The notes below the pieces were generated by a model. It saw nothing but the letters and a program-made list of their open reading frames with translations. It was not told the origin of the DNA and made no database searches. From a candidate division WWE3 bacterium (GTDB lineage Bacteria > Patescibacteriota > WWE3 > UBA101185 > UBA10185), in assembly GCA_052035175.1 (NCBI GenBank), contig JBPOHV010000001.1, positions 41,569-105,568 of the forward strand: DNA of 64,000 nucleotides, in the 5' to 3' direction. The position numbers and the translations under genes were made by a program. Positions 20,449 to 30,690 of this stretch are shown here, piece after piece. Each line of letters starts with the position of its first letter. Position 1 is the first letter of the stretch.

Positions 20449-22875
20449 TTAAAAAGGTAATTTGCTTCTTATCATCCCACTATCGCCAAAAATATCTTCT
20501 TCGTCTTCTTCTTTTTCGTCTTCAAAGCCTGCGCGTTCTTTGACATACGCCTCGACTTCTTCAGCCGGTGTGCCATACTTTTGACGATTTGTTTCCTTGA
20601 TTTCTTCTGCAAGTTCTTTGCTGCGTGTTTGAGCACTTATCGCAGCCCAATCTACTTGCATCGAAAACGGAGGCGTCGGATGACCATCTACTAAAAGTTT
20701 AACATAAGAATTACCCATGGGTAAGTTGGCCATATCTTGTTTTGTGAAGGTCGGACTAAATTGTTGTTCCATAAATTCTGCGTCTGGAATACCAATTCTA
20801 AAAGAAGCCATTGTACCTACGTTACCAAACACTGCGTTTTTTATATCTTCTGTAAGTTGTGCAACAAATTGATGCGCAACGACTAAATTGAGTTTGTATT
20901 TACGTGCTTCAGATAAAATAGTTGCAAAGTCTGGTGTCGCAAAATTTTGAAATTCGTCTACATACAAAAAGAAATTTGGAAAATCTACTTTACCCAATAA
21001 CTTGTGTCTTTCTAATGCTGCCGACAATATCTTTGGTACTAGTAACAATCCTATAAAATTGGAATTTTCTTCTCCAAGCTTACCTTTTGCTAAATCAACT
21101 AATAAAATCTTTTTTTCTTCCATGATCTTAGCGATGTTAAAAGAAGATTTTTTCTGCCCCAATATGTTACGCATTGTTTTGTCTGTTACAAAACGGTCAA
21201 ATTTTGAAACAAAATATCCCATCGTTTCGCCTTTTCGCTGTTGAGATGTGTTTGCAACTTCGTCAGTCCAGTATCTTTTTATCAAAGGATCTTTTATGTT
21301 AGGTATGAATTTCTTTGAATATTTTTCATCTATTGTCAAACGCATGACGTCGATCATTGTTGCATTTGGATCAGTCATTGCAGTCAACATGATATTTCTA
21401 ATCGCGCGTTCCAAAATCGGTCCCATAATACCTTGTTTATTTGGGTCATACAGCTTGTACAAAAGTGCGATGAATGAATTTACAATCATATGTTTTTCTT
21501 CTTCCGAGTTAGCTTCAAGCAGGTTTATACCCATAGGGCGTTCTTCTTCAGCAGCATCAAAGTAAATAACATCTTTTTTTCTATGTTCTGGTATTTTTTC
21601 CAAAAGTTCTTGTACATCTGTACCGTGCGGATCGATTACACATAAACCTTCACCATTAATAATGTCTTGCAGTGCCATTGACATCAAAAATACCGATTTA
21701 CCTGTACCGGTTTGCCCTATTATGTAAAAATGACGAGTACGATCTTTGTCTTTCATAAAGATCTTTTTTTCAGTGCCTCTAAATATACTTTTACCAAGGT
21801 ATAATCCCTCACTTGGTATATTTACAGGCGCAGATGCACGTCGAGATCCTAGCCATACAATATTTGGCGTTTCTACATTTTTATTTGGAAAATGAAATAC
21901 TGTGGCCAATTCTTGTGTGTTTAATAAAGCAGTATTTCTATAAAGGTGCGTGTTAAATATGGGGATTATCCATTCAGACAATCTTATTCTGCGGTAAATA
22001 AAGTCATCTACTAGTTTTTGTGGGGAAAAGGCGTATTTCAAAACAAACTTGTTGTAATTGACGTCTGTAAATTGTTCAAATGCTGTCGCAGCATTTTGTA
22101 TCAGGCTGTCTGCTGCAGTAGAGTTTTCTGCGATTGCTACCAATCTAATTTTTACATCAAATCCTGGGTATTTGATCTTTTTTTCTATTCCTTCCAAAAA
22201 CGAAGTGTCTATGTTGTATTTTTTATCTGGGTTGTTTGCTTTGGCTTTTACATTGGTTATAAAACTTTTCCCAGACATGCGCCAGCTATTTGATGCTGGT
22301 TGCATTACATATTGAACAGCCAAAACTTCTTTGTCATTTAATTTACTCATAGCCGATGTTATTGCGCTGAGTGAATCTGTTTGCAAATCTTCGTAGACTT
22401 TTATTGGGTAATAAGGTGCGCCTTTGAGTCGTAGCTCACATACGCGTGTAAATTCTCCGCGGTCCCAGATTTCATGTGGGTTAACTATATCTATTTCTGC
22501 AGAAGGGTACGCTGCGTTGATTTGCTTTTCTACTAACTGTGCTATTTCGTCTGGAACAGCTACATAAAAAGAAATACCAGTTTGTTTAGAAACTATTTCA
22601 AAAGAAAATCTATATTGCCCAGTAAGCCATGCACTTATTGCCGATTTCTTGATCCCTGACAAACTCGCAAACATTTGTTCGGCAGTTTTGATTTCTATCT
22701 CATTGTCTTTTGGCAATTTAATTTGTAAAAAAGTGAGATTAAATTGTGTTTTGTGCTCATTTTTATTTCTGATAGAGTTCAAAATCCAAGAAATCAAGCT
22801 ATAGAAAAGCAATATTAATATGCCAAAATATACGGTTATCCAAAATAAAACATAAAATAATCTATTTGTGTCCAT
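20449..22875 (-). CDS. Membrane-anchored VirB4/TraG(VirD4)/HerA-like ATPase (CPR type)
   Basis: N-terminal TM; HFYIIGQTGTGKS, IDPHG, LYVDEFQNF, LSEARKY, AHQ. Confidence 0.85.
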   Translation of the reverse strand: MDTNRLFYVLFWITVYFGILILLFYSLISWILNSIRNKNEHKTQFNLTFLQIKLPKDNEIEIKTAEQMFASLSGIKKSAISAWLTGQYRFSFEIVSKQTGISFYVAVPDEIAQLVEKQINAAYPSAEIDIVNPHEIWDRGEFTRVCELRLKGAPYYPIKVYEDLQTDSLSAITSAMSKLNDKEVLAVQYVMQPASNSWRMSGKSFITNVKAKANNPDKKYNIDTSFLEGIEKKIKYPGFDVKIRLVAIAENSTAADSLIQNAATAFEQFTDVNYNKFVLKYAFSPQKLVDDFIYRRIRLSEWIIPIFNTHLYRNTALLNTQELATVFHFPNKNVETPNIVWLGSRRASAPVNIPSEGLYLGKSIFRGTEKKIFMKDKDRTRHFYIIGQTGTGKSVFLMSMALQDIINGEGLCVIDPHGTDVQELLEKIPEHRKKDVIYFDAAEEERPMGINLLEANSEEEKHMIVNSFIALLYKLYDPNKQGIMGPILERAIRNIMLTAMTDPNATMIDVMRLTIDEKYSKKFIPNIKDPLIKRYWTDEVANTSQQRKGETMGYFVSKFDRFVTDKTMRNILGQKKSSFNIAKIMEEKKILLVDLAKGKLGEENSNFIGLLLVPKILSAALERHKLLGKVDFPNFFLYVDEFQNFATPDFATILSEARKYKLNLVVAHQFVAQLTEDIKNAVFGNVGTMASFRIGIPDAEFMEQQFSPTFTKQDMANLPMGNSYVKLLVDGHPTPPFSMQVDWAAISAQTRSKELAEEIKETNRQKYGTPAEEVEAYVKERAGFEDEKEEDEEDIFGDSGMIRSKLPF

Positions 22876-23230
22876 GTGCTTGCTCTACTCCTGATATAAA
22901 CTTTGCTTCGTCTTGATCTGCAATTGTTGTAAGTTTTTGTACATTGTCCGCTAGCGTGTGTAGGGTAGTAATCTCATTTGTATTATCTACAACGTTTATT
23001 GTTTGTACTTGAGCTTGTTGTTGCGTAGTTGTTGTGTCATCATCTTGTGCACTTGTTGGTTGAAAAGTTTGTGTTTCTGCTGCCTTTGTTGTTTCAATTT
23101 CACCATTTAATTGTTCTTGTAGAGGTGCAACATCTGTTATTGTTTCTACAGATTCAGGGGGTTGTTGTATTTCTGTTGCATGTTTTACATCTTCAACGGG
23201 TTGTTTAGTTACTTGATTAGCAATTTGCAT
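22862..23230 (-). CDS. Hypothetical Q/T-rich protein
   Basis: ORF overlapping the ATPase start; C-terminal AD..E..FI..V..AH. Confidence 0.55.
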   Translation of the reverse strand: MQIANQVTKQPVEDVKHATEIQQPPESVETITDVAPLQEQLNGEIETTKAAETQTFQPTSAQDDDTTTTQQQAQVQTINVVDNTNEITTLHTLADNVQKLTTIADQDEAKFISGVEQAHGHK

Positions 23231-23257
23231 GACCTAATTCTATAGGAAAGATAGGTA

Positions 23258-23611
23258 TCAGGAAAGATTTGCGTTTTTAAACAATCTTTTAGCTGTTTTT
23301 TTCACATTTGATTTTGTGGTTTCAAGTTCATCGGCTAACATTTCAAGCTTTTCTAGTGCACTTTCTTTCATTGGGTATGTAGCATCTTGTACTTTTTCAA
23401 CAATGTTCTCGACAGTATCTTCCAAGTCTTCATTGAAGTCTTTCAATGTTTCTTGACCTCTTTTCCATGCTTCAGTGCTTTTCTTTTTTATATGTTTTCG
23501 TGTATTTTCACCAGATTCGGGTGCAAACAGTATTCCCAACAAACTACCCAAGACAGCACCTATCAGTGCACCTTTTACAAAACCATTTTTATGTTCGCAA
23601 TTTTCACACAT
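23258..23611 (-). CDS. YtxH-domain protein
   Basis: GALIGAVLG..LGILFAPESG..TR. Confidence 0.85.
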   Translation of the reverse strand: MCENCEHKNGFVKGALIGAVLGSLLGILFAPESGENTRKHIKKKSTEAWKRGQETLKDFNEDLEDTVENIVEKVQDATYPMKESALEKLEMLADELETTKSNVKKTAKRLFKNANLS

Positions 23612-23848
23612 TTAAAATTCCTTTCTAATTTCTTTAACTGTTTTTAATACTCCGGATATAAGCCCAGTAATTGCTGCTAAAGGATTTGAAAATGTACTAG
23701 TTACGTTGTGCACATTTTGTAATATTTCATTTGCGCGTGATATTGTGGTGCGTAGTTCTTTTAAGACCAATATCAAATATACGATCAATGCAACTACTGC
23801 AAAGGTTAAAATAGCTAATATAAAAAATGTAAGTAATTGAAAATCCAT
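23612..23848 (-). CDS. DUF948/YtxG-like small membrane protein
   Basis: TM plus coiled coil, directly upstream of ytxH-like gene. Confidence 0.6.
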   Translation of the reverse strand: MDFQLLTFFILAILTFAVVALIVYLILVLKELRTTISRANEILQNVHNVTSTFSNPLAAITGLISGVLKTVKEIRKEF

Positions 23849-23913
23849 TGGGCAGTTCTTTCTATAATCAATTATAGCTTGCTCATGCCCTCACTGCAAT
23901 CTATACTTAACAT

Positions 23914-25572
23914 ATGTCTAACTTAGCAGGAAATACTACTTCTTCACTAGATTCACATATATTGCTTTATGCGGGTGAAAAATCGGCACCAGATGATGTT
24001 TTGAATATGTCAGAGCCAACGTACGGCAACGATTATATTATTCCTGTTCCGCGCAGCACCAAATTGCCAGCTGTGTTGAATATAGTTTTTCAAGGCAAAC
24101 ATTATACTAGATCGACAAAAACTTTAGAGCTTCAAGTATCTGGTGACGATATGACGGGGTTTGTACAAGCGCTATATTCTAAAGAGCTTTCTGCAGAAGA
24201 AGATACATGGCTTACGACTATGCAGCGCAATGCTGTTTCTATGGCTACTTTTGTTGCAGTTAATGACCAAGACTCTTTTTCTCCTACTAGTTTAAAGAAA
24301 ACTCGTGAAGCACATGCGCAGTTTAGCGCAAGTCCCGAATTACCAGCAACTCTTCATAGTTTGGTGAAGATCCGCGGTATCCTCGGGGATATTGTTTATA
24401 ACAAAGGGCGAGGGGTGTCTGAATACGCAGAAACAGATCTACTAAAGATGTTTGATTTCTTGACTCTCAATTTGATGGTAGGCGATATGGTTTTTGGAAG
24501 AGCTACACAGCTTGCGAATCCGCACCACTATGAGGCTAAGTTTGGGCAATTACTAGATTTTGCAAAGCATCTTTCTCCTAGTTATCCAATCACCGAGAAA
24601 CAGCTTTTGGCTTATGTAAGTGTGGCTATAAACGCGCTTGAAGAATTTAATGCAGATACGCCAGCGCATTCACCTATAGTTATGAGTAAAAATACGCCTG
24701 GTGTTCTTTTGTCAGGTTTAGTTATCGAAGAATCAAAGTTAGAACCCAAAAACATACCTGCTGCTGCAAAAGCTATATTATCCAAAAACCCAACTGCAGT
24801 AACGTATGTTGAGAATCCTAGTGACTTATTGGTACCGAGTTTTGATGCTACGCAGTTTGTTACGCGTCAAAGCGAAAGTAAGTCTAGATTTGTTGCTGCA
24901 GGCCAGTTGGAGCGTCGTGCTCCTGATATAGAAAAGATTTCTAAACGGGCTTTAGCATACACTGCAATCGCAGGTTTTATGCGTACACAATTGCGTAGAA
25001 ATAATAACTTGGCCCAAGATGCTATGGAACATGCCGATAACTTACTTGATATGGCAGAAGCGTATATAGATAGTCCAGAAGGAGAGACTTTACTTGGCCT
25101 CATTAATACAGTTGTTTACAATGCCAATGATAACTTTGAGACACGACCTAATGGTGAGCATATTTCTACAGAAGATATGTATCGTCTATTTGCACTTTGT
25201 ATAGGAAAGCATGTATTTACAGAGTTTGTTGCAGACTTTGATCAATACATCGATGTACCTATAAACTTTCCGATTCCAAGAAAGAATAGCGCTATGTTTG
25301 CGTTAAAGCACAACACCGACTTGTTAATGCTATCTGCTAAAACTCTAAGTTCTGATGTATCAGCTAAAGAAAAAGGTCAAGCTTGTTTAGTCGCGAGTGA
25401 TGCGTGCCTTACAGCCATTAGTGCTATACGCCGTTTGGATGCTGCGTATATCAAAGAAGTACATGAAACACCAAATCCAAAGAATGTGCGAAATATCCCC
25501 GGTATTACAAACATAATGCCCGATCCTCGAATAAAACGCACATCCCCAGTGCCTTCACTTTTGGAGTATTAA
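23914..25572 (+). CDS. Hypothetical helical protein
   Basis: 552-aa ORF; TATACT 6 nt before ATG; no motif recognised. Confidence 0.6.
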   Translation: MSNLAGNTTSSLDSHILLYAGEKSAPDDVLNMSEPTYGNDYIIPVPRSTKLPAVLNIVFQGKHYTRSTKTLELQVSGDDMTGFVQALYSKELSAEEDTWLTTMQRNAVSMATFVAVNDQDSFSPTSLKKTREAHAQFSASPELPATLHSLVKIRGILGDIVYNKGRGVSEYAETDLLKMFDFLTLNLMVGDMVFGRATQLANPHHYEAKFGQLLDFAKHLSPSYPITEKQLLAYVSVAINALEEFNADTPAHSPIVMSKNTPGVLLSGLVIEESKLEPKNIPAAAKAILSKNPTAVTYVENPSDLLVPSFDATQFVTRQSESKSRFVAAGQLERRAPDIEKISKRALAYTAIAGFMRTQLRRNNNLAQDAMEHADNLLDMAEAYIDSPEGETLLGLINTVVYNANDNFETRPNGEHISTEDMYRLFALCIGKHVFTEFVADFDQYIDVPINFPIPRKNSAMFALKHNTDLLMLSAKTLSSDVSAKEKGQACLVASDACLTAISAIRRLDAAYIKEVHETPNPKNVRNIPGITNIMPDPRIKRTSPVPSLLEY

Positions 25573-25584
25573 TACTTAGAACTT

Positions 25585-27495
25585 TTATTCAACAACTTCA
25601 CCTTCTTGTACAGGTTCGCTGTCGCCAGTTGGATTAGTACCATTTTGTGGATTGCCTTCCGGTTGTGGTCCGCCTGCAGCATTAGGAGTTCCTGCATTTG
25701 GTTGTTCTGGTTGATAGTATTGACCAATCTTTTGCACAACTTCAGATAAAGCTTGTGTTTTTTGTTTTAATTCTTCTGATGTTGCAGTTTGTAAAACATC
25801 TCGTACGTCTTTTATTTTTGATTCAATGTCTTGTTTTACATCTGATGGTACTTTATCACCAGCATCTTTAAGAGCTTTTTCAGCTGTATAACACAAACTA
25901 TCAGCAATGTTTTTAGATTCTACTTGTTCTTTGCGCTTTTTATCTTCAGCTGCGTGCATTTCGCCTTCTTTTACCATGGTTTCGATTTCATCTTTTGATA
26001 ATCCAGTGCTTCCTTGAATAGTTATTTTTTGTTCTTTATTAGAAGATTTATCTTTTGCAGTTACGTTTATTATGCCGTTTGCATCGATATCAAATTTCAC
26101 CTCAACTTGTGGCATACCTCGAGGGGCTGGGGGAATACCGTCCAAAATAAATCTACCCAAAGATTTGTTGTCAGCTGCCATTTCACGTTCGCCTTGTAAA
26201 ACATTTATTTCAACACTAGTCTGATTATCTGCAGCAGTGCTGAAAACTTGATTTGCAGAAGTAGGAATAGTTGTATTGCGTTTAATCAACGGTGTTGATA
26301 CTCCGCCCAAAGTTTCTATTCCCAAAGTAAGTGGTGTTACATCCAAAAGCAAAACGTCTTTGACATCGCCTGCCAAAACTCCGCCTTGAATACCTGCACC
26401 AATTGCGACTACTTCGTCTGGGTTTATGCCTTTGTGAGGTTCTTTGCCAAAGTAATTTTTGACCAATTCATTTATGCGTGGCATTCTTGTCATACCGCCG
26501 ACCATTACAACTTCGTTTATTTCTTCTTTTTTAAGACCTGCGTCTTTCAAAGCATTTTCAATTGGAATTAATGTATTTTGTACGAGTTTATCTACCAATT
26601 GTTCTAGGCCCGCTCTGTTAAGCTTTATGTTCAAGTGTTTTGGTCCTGTTTGATCTGCAGTTATAAATGGAATATTTATTTCTGTTTCTGTTGTAGAAGA
26701 AAGTTCTATTTTGGCTTTTTCTGCTGCGTCTTTAAGACGTTGCATTGCTTGCTTATCATTTGATAAATCAACACCAGATTCTTTTTTGAATTCTGTAAGT
26801 AACCACTCAATTATCATGTTATCAAAATCGTCTCCGCCCAAGTGAGTATCTCCGTTTGTAGCTAGTACTTCAAATACACCATCGCCAATTTCTAATACAG
26901 AAACGTCAAATGTACCACCGCCCAAATCATAAACCAAAATCTTTTCATTGGTCTTTTTATCAAGACCATACGCAAGTGCTGCAGCGGTTGGTTCGTTGAT
27001 TATTCTTTTTACTTCAAGCCCTGCTATTTGACCCGCTTCTTTAGTAGCAGTTCTTTGAGCGTCGTTGAAATATGCGGGTACTGTAATTACTGCTTCTTTT
27101 ATTTCGTAACCCAAAAACTTTTCTGCATCGGCTTTAAGCTTTGCCAAAATTTTGGCTGAAATTTCTTGTGGCGTATAAACTTTATCGCCAATTTGTACAG
27201 CTGCAGATCCGTTGTGGCCAGAAACTATTTCGTATGGATATTTCTTTTTGATTTCTTGGATTTCTGGGTCGTCAAATTTCATACCCATCAATCTTTTTAC
27301 ACTAAATACTGTGTTTCTTGGGTTGACCACTTGTTGTCTTTTTGCAGGAATGCCTACAACGTTTTGATCTACTGCAACTACAGATGGTGTAGTGTTTGCA
27401 CCTTCTGCGTTGGGTATAACTTTTGTCTGACCTGCGCCAGCAATTATTGCAACACAACTATTGGTTGTGCCTAAATCTATCCCTAATATTTTCAT
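25585..27495 (-). CDS. dnaK: Chaperone DnaK
   Basis: [35 protein letters not shown]. Confidence 0.99.
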   Translation of the reverse strand: MKILGIDLGTTNSCVAIIAGAGQTKVIPNAEGANTTPSVVAVDQNVVGIPAKRQQVVNPRNTVFSVKRLMGMKFDDPEIQEIKKKYPYEIVSGHNGSAAVQIGDKVYTPQEISAKILAKLKADAEKFLGYEIKEAVITVPAYFNDAQRTATKEAGQIAGLEVKRIINEPTAAALAYGLDKKTNEKILVYDLGGGTFDVSVLEIGDGVFEVLATNGDTHLGGDDFDNMIIEWLLTEFKKESGVDLSNDKQAMQRLKDAAEKAKIELSSTTETEINIPFITADQTGPKHLNIKLNRAGLEQLVDKLVQNTLIPIENALKDAGLKKEEINEVVMVGGMTRMPRINELVKNYFGKEPHKGINPDEVVAIGAGIQGGVLAGDVKDVLLLDVTPLTLGIETLGGVSTPLIKRNTTIPTSANQVFSTAADNQTSVEINVLQGEREMAADNKSLGRFILDGIPPAPRGMPQVEVKFDIDANGIINVTAKDKSSNKEQKITIQGSTGLSKDEIETMVKEGEMHAAEDKKRKEQVESKNIADSLCYTAEKALKDAGDKVPSDVKQDIESKIKDVRDVLQTATSEELKQKTQALSEVVQKIGQYYQPEQPNAGTPNAAGGPQPEGNPQNGTNPTGDSEPVQEGEVVE

Positions 27496-27497
27496 AA

Positions 27498-27959
27498 TTA
27501 TTTCTCCTTTTCTTTATAGCCTGCTTTAACTGTTGCAGGTCTAATTAACTTATTATTAAATTTGTAAGCTTTTTTATAAACGTCTTTCACTGCTACTTCT
27601 TCTTCTTTTTCGTTTGTTATTTCTTCCATTTCAACGGCATCCATTGTGTTGCTATCAAACGTATCGCCTGTGTTTATTTCTACAATCTCCAGGCCAGTAT
27701 CTTTCAAAACTTGTCTGAATTCTTTTGTTACCAATTTGACTCCTTGGTCTTCAGAAAATTTTTCAAGCGCTTCCATATTATCCAGCAAAGGCACCAATCG
27801 CTTAATCAACGTTTCGTTTGCATATTGGATAAATTCCATACGTTCATCTTGATATCTTCTTTCTAAGTTTCTATAATCGGCAACTGCACGTTTCCAGTTG
27901 TTTTCTGTTTCTTCCAATGCCTTTGTCAATTCTTCTATCTTTTGAGTATTGTCGTCCAT
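27498..27959 (-). CDS. grpE: Nucleotide exchange factor GrpE
   Basis: [10 protein letters not shown]....AV, Y.....IRPA.V; between hrcA and dnaK. Confidence 0.93.
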   Translation of the reverse strand: MDDNTQKIEELTKALEETENNWKRAVADYRNLERRYQDERMEFIQYANETLIKRLVPLLDNMEALEKFSEDQGVKLVTKEFRQVLKDTGLEIVEINTGDTFDSNTMDAVEMEEITNEKEEEVAVKDVYKKAYKFNNKLIRPATVKAGYKEKEK

Positions 27960-27965
27960 AAGCTT

Positions 27966-28688
27966 TTACCAAGACTCACCAAGTTCTTGTACTAATTGTT
28001 TTGCATATTTAAGCGCAGGGATTACTTGTGAGTAATTCATCCTTGATGGCCCAAATACTGCGATATGCCCATGTTTATTTCCACTTTTGTAAGGTGCTGC
28101 TACAAACCCGCATTTTTCCAGCTTTTCTACACCAATTTCGTCTTCCAAAATTATTTTGAGTCCGTTTGTATCTATTACTCGCCCAAAAATTCTTTCTAGT
28201 ATTTCAAAGTTATCTACAACTGTAAGCGCTGCTTTTGCTGCATCAATATCCCAAAATTCTTTGCTATCCAAAATATTCACTGTACCTGCATAAGTGACGT
28301 AGCCGTCATCTGACGTTGCTACTGCAAGCTCACCAATGTTTTCTGCCAATGCTTTTACTGTTTCTCGTAACAATTTGTCAAAGTTATATCTTTCAGACCA
28401 TAGCCTTTGTTTCATTGCGACTTCTTGTAATACTGGCAATTCTTCTTCGTGCATGATTTCATCCAGATAAAGCCTATATGCGCTTTTTGTTGGTACTCTG
28501 CCAGAAGATGTATGCATCATTTCCAAATACCCCAAGTCCAATAATTTTGCCATTTCATTTCTGATAGTGGCAGGTGAGCAACCCAATCTATATCTGCGCA
28601 CAACTTGCACAGAACCAACTGGCTCTGCTTCTTTTATATATTCATTAATAATCGCTTCTACTAGTTGAAGTTGTCTTTCATTCAGCAT
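27966..28688 (-). CDS. hrcA: Heat-inducible repressor HrcA (short form)
   Basis: EPVGS, SPATIRNEM, HTSSGRVPT..YR, GPSRMNY. Confidence 0.92.
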   Translation of the reverse strand: MLNERQLQLVEAIINEYIKEAEPVGSVQVVRRYRLGCSPATIRNEMAKLLDLGYLEMMHTSSGRVPTKSAYRLYLDEIMHEEELPVLQEVAMKQRLWSERYNFDKLLRETVKALAENIGELAVATSDDGYVTYAGTVNILDSKEFWDIDAAKAALTVVDNFEILERIFGRVIDTNGLKIILEDEIGVEKLEKCGFVAAPYKSGNKHGHIAVFGPSRMNYSQVIPALKYAKQLVQELGESW

Positions 28689-28725
28689 TAGCACTAATAT
28701 ACAACTAAGTGCTAAGAGGTGTCAA
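28688..28725 (-). promoter_or_regulatory. CIRCE-like operator overlapping a sigma70 promoter of the hrcA operon
   Basis: TTAGCACTT-N10-TAGTGCTAA (28688-28715); TTGACA 28720-28725, 18 nt, TATATT, 7 nt, ATG. Confidence 0.85.
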
Positions 28726-29942
28726 TACATTTTTTTGTGTCTTTCTAAAATATTTTTTATATGCCATTGTTCATTCACTTTTCCTTTTCCAAGTGCTGTA
28801 ACTTTATTTTTGAGGAGATTTATAATGTTTGTTGGCATTGTAATGAGAATACTATCTAGAATAGCTAACGTTTCTTGTAATGCCGTCATGTAATAAGCTT
28901 TTACATTTCCATTTGTATTCAAGGTCATACCTTGTGTCTTCTTAAATAGCATTTCTAGTGATTTTTCAATACCAGCTGCTATTTCTGGATCTTCGATAAA
29001 TTCTGGCTGTGTCTTTCCTAGTGCCATCAACGCTTGTACGTTTTCGTGTACGTTATCGCTATGTAATGATTCAACAAAAGCAGGTCTATTTACATAAGGT
29101 TCTTTTCCATAAAGTCTCTTTGGGGCATGGTATATTACGGCATCAAGATCTATTAACCTTGCGAGTGGTGCGCGATTTTCTATTAACGCTTTTTGTAGAG
29201 AAAATCGATTGGGATCATATTTTGGCGATTGTTCCAAATTGCTTATTTGTTCGTCTTTATCAACAAATTCTACAGTGATATTTCTACTGTGAAAGTGCCT
29301 ATGTTCAATACCTAACGCCTTAAGTTGATCGTCTATTGTTTGGTATTGTATGCGCAGTTCGTCTTGAATGGCATGCAATCTTTCTAGCAATTGCGTATCT
29401 TTACCAGGAGAGCATCCAGTCCTTATTCGTAGCATCTTGTATCTTAAATATTCCAAATTTAATCCGCTAAATCTTGATGCAACGATCACAGTATCAGCCT
29501 GGTTAGCGCTATCGGCATGCATTATTCTTGGTCTCCCAGTTTTACTTATTAATATTGGGGCTACTGGTACGACAGTTGGTTCTACTGGTTGTTTAGAAAA
29601 AAATCTAGTTGGTGGTTTTATACCTTGTGCCAACTCTAACCAAATGCTCGCGTGTTCTGCGCCGATCTTGTTGAAGACAATTCCATCTTTTACAAACAAC
29701 TCGCTACCGTCTTTAGCAATTTGCAAAGTTGTATGCATATCTGGTGTAGATGTAGTGTCGGGTTTTATTTTGCGTTTATCAAACCGTGTATGTGCTTCAG
29801 CTGCCTTGCCTTTTAGTGATGGCCAACCTATATTGACTTGTTCATCAAACATTGCTTCAAATGTAGGTATCTTCTCATGTACAAGTTGTTCGAAATTCGT
29901 TAGTGGTTTTTCAGTAGGTGTTAATGTTGGGTTAGGGTACAT
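28722..29942 (-). CDS. Hypothetical protein with kinase-like (PKL-fold) motifs
   Basis: GIEHRHFHSRNI...ARLIDLD resembles catalytic loop and DFG-equivalent. Confidence 0.45.
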   Translation of the reverse strand: MYPNPTLTPTEKPLTNFEQLVHEKIPTFEAMFDEQVNIGWPSLKGKAAEAHTRFDKRKIKPDTTSTPDMHTTLQIAKDGSELFVKDGIVFNKIGAEHASIWLELAQGIKPPTRFFSKQPVEPTVVPVAPILISKTGRPRIMHADSANQADTVIVASRFSGLNLEYLRYKMLRIRTGCSPGKDTQLLERLHAIQDELRIQYQTIDDQLKALGIEHRHFHSRNITVEFVDKDEQISNLEQSPKYDPNRFSLQKALIENRAPLARLIDLDAVIYHAPKRLYGKEPYVNRPAFVESLHSDNVHENVQALMALGKTQPEFIEDPEIAAGIEKSLEMLFKKTQGMTLNTNGNVKAYYMTALQETLAILDSILITMPTNIINLLKNKVTALGKGKVNEQWHIKNILERHKKMY

Positions 29943-29943
29943 T

Positions 29944-30669
29944 TTATTGCTGAGAGATTTTTTCGAGCGAGACTACACTTGATACTCTTAAGAATTTGCT
30001 TTCTGCGTATCCCCATTCAAACGCCCCAGAAACTTTTACAGGCATCCCGATAGTTTCTTCAATATCTTTCCAGACAGTGTCATCTAGCGGAATTAACACA
30101 GTTGCATCAAGATTTGTTGGTATGCCAGACATATGTGTTGTATCAAGATAAGGTTCATCAAGATCTAAAATATAGTCATATCCAATATCGGGTGCCGGGC
30201 GTTCAAATCTTTTAATAACGCCTGTAAAGTCTGTTTGTTTTTCCAGTGGTCTTAGGTATTTTCCGTATGGTGTGCATTGCTCATATGCCAATGGTTCTAT
30301 TGTATCTATATGCGCATATAATCTGTCGTTGTTTGTAGTCTTGCCATCAAAGTTTGAACTTAAGTCCAAGTTTACTTTTACACATTTACCTAAGTAATGT
30401 TCTTGGTTAAAATTTTGTGTGGTTGATTGAATCAAAAATCCTAGATACTCTTCGCCATTGTATGTATAAGATTTTTCGTTCAAATCTGTAAGCTGAAACC
30501 CTTGTCTTTCTCCGACAGTGCGTATAACACCAGTAAATGTGAGTAGAGCTTTTTGTGTTGGTGGTTGTGTGCTTATGGTTGGCGCAGGACTTTTGAATAT
30601 TTGTATACTTGAAAACAAAAGTAAGCCAACTATAAATGTTCCGAGAATCACAAACGCTAACTTTTTCAT
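29944..30669 (-). CDS. Secreted/membrane-anchored hypothetical protein
   Basis: N-terminal hydrophobic helix; two OB-like repeats. Confidence 0.55.
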   Translation of the reverse strand: MKKLAFVILGTFIVGLLLFSSIQIFKSPAPTISTQPPTQKALLTFTGVIRTVGERQGFQLTDLNEKSYTYNGEEYLGFLIQSTTQNFNQEHYLGKCVKVNLDLSSNFDGKTTNNDRLYAHIDTIEPLAYEQCTPYGKYLRPLEKQTDFTGVIKRFERPAPDIGYDYILDLDEPYLDTTHMSGIPTNLDATVLIPLDDTVWKDIEETIGMPVKVSGAFEWGYAESKFLRVSSVVSLEKISQQ

Positions 30670-30690
30670 AAGTTTATTATACGTTAATTA

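Noticed and set aside
29368-29982. Long antisense ORFs (for example 204 aa here, 183 aa at 53587, 163 aa at 17347)
   Set aside because: Shadow frames opposite better-supported genes, with no motifs or start signals.
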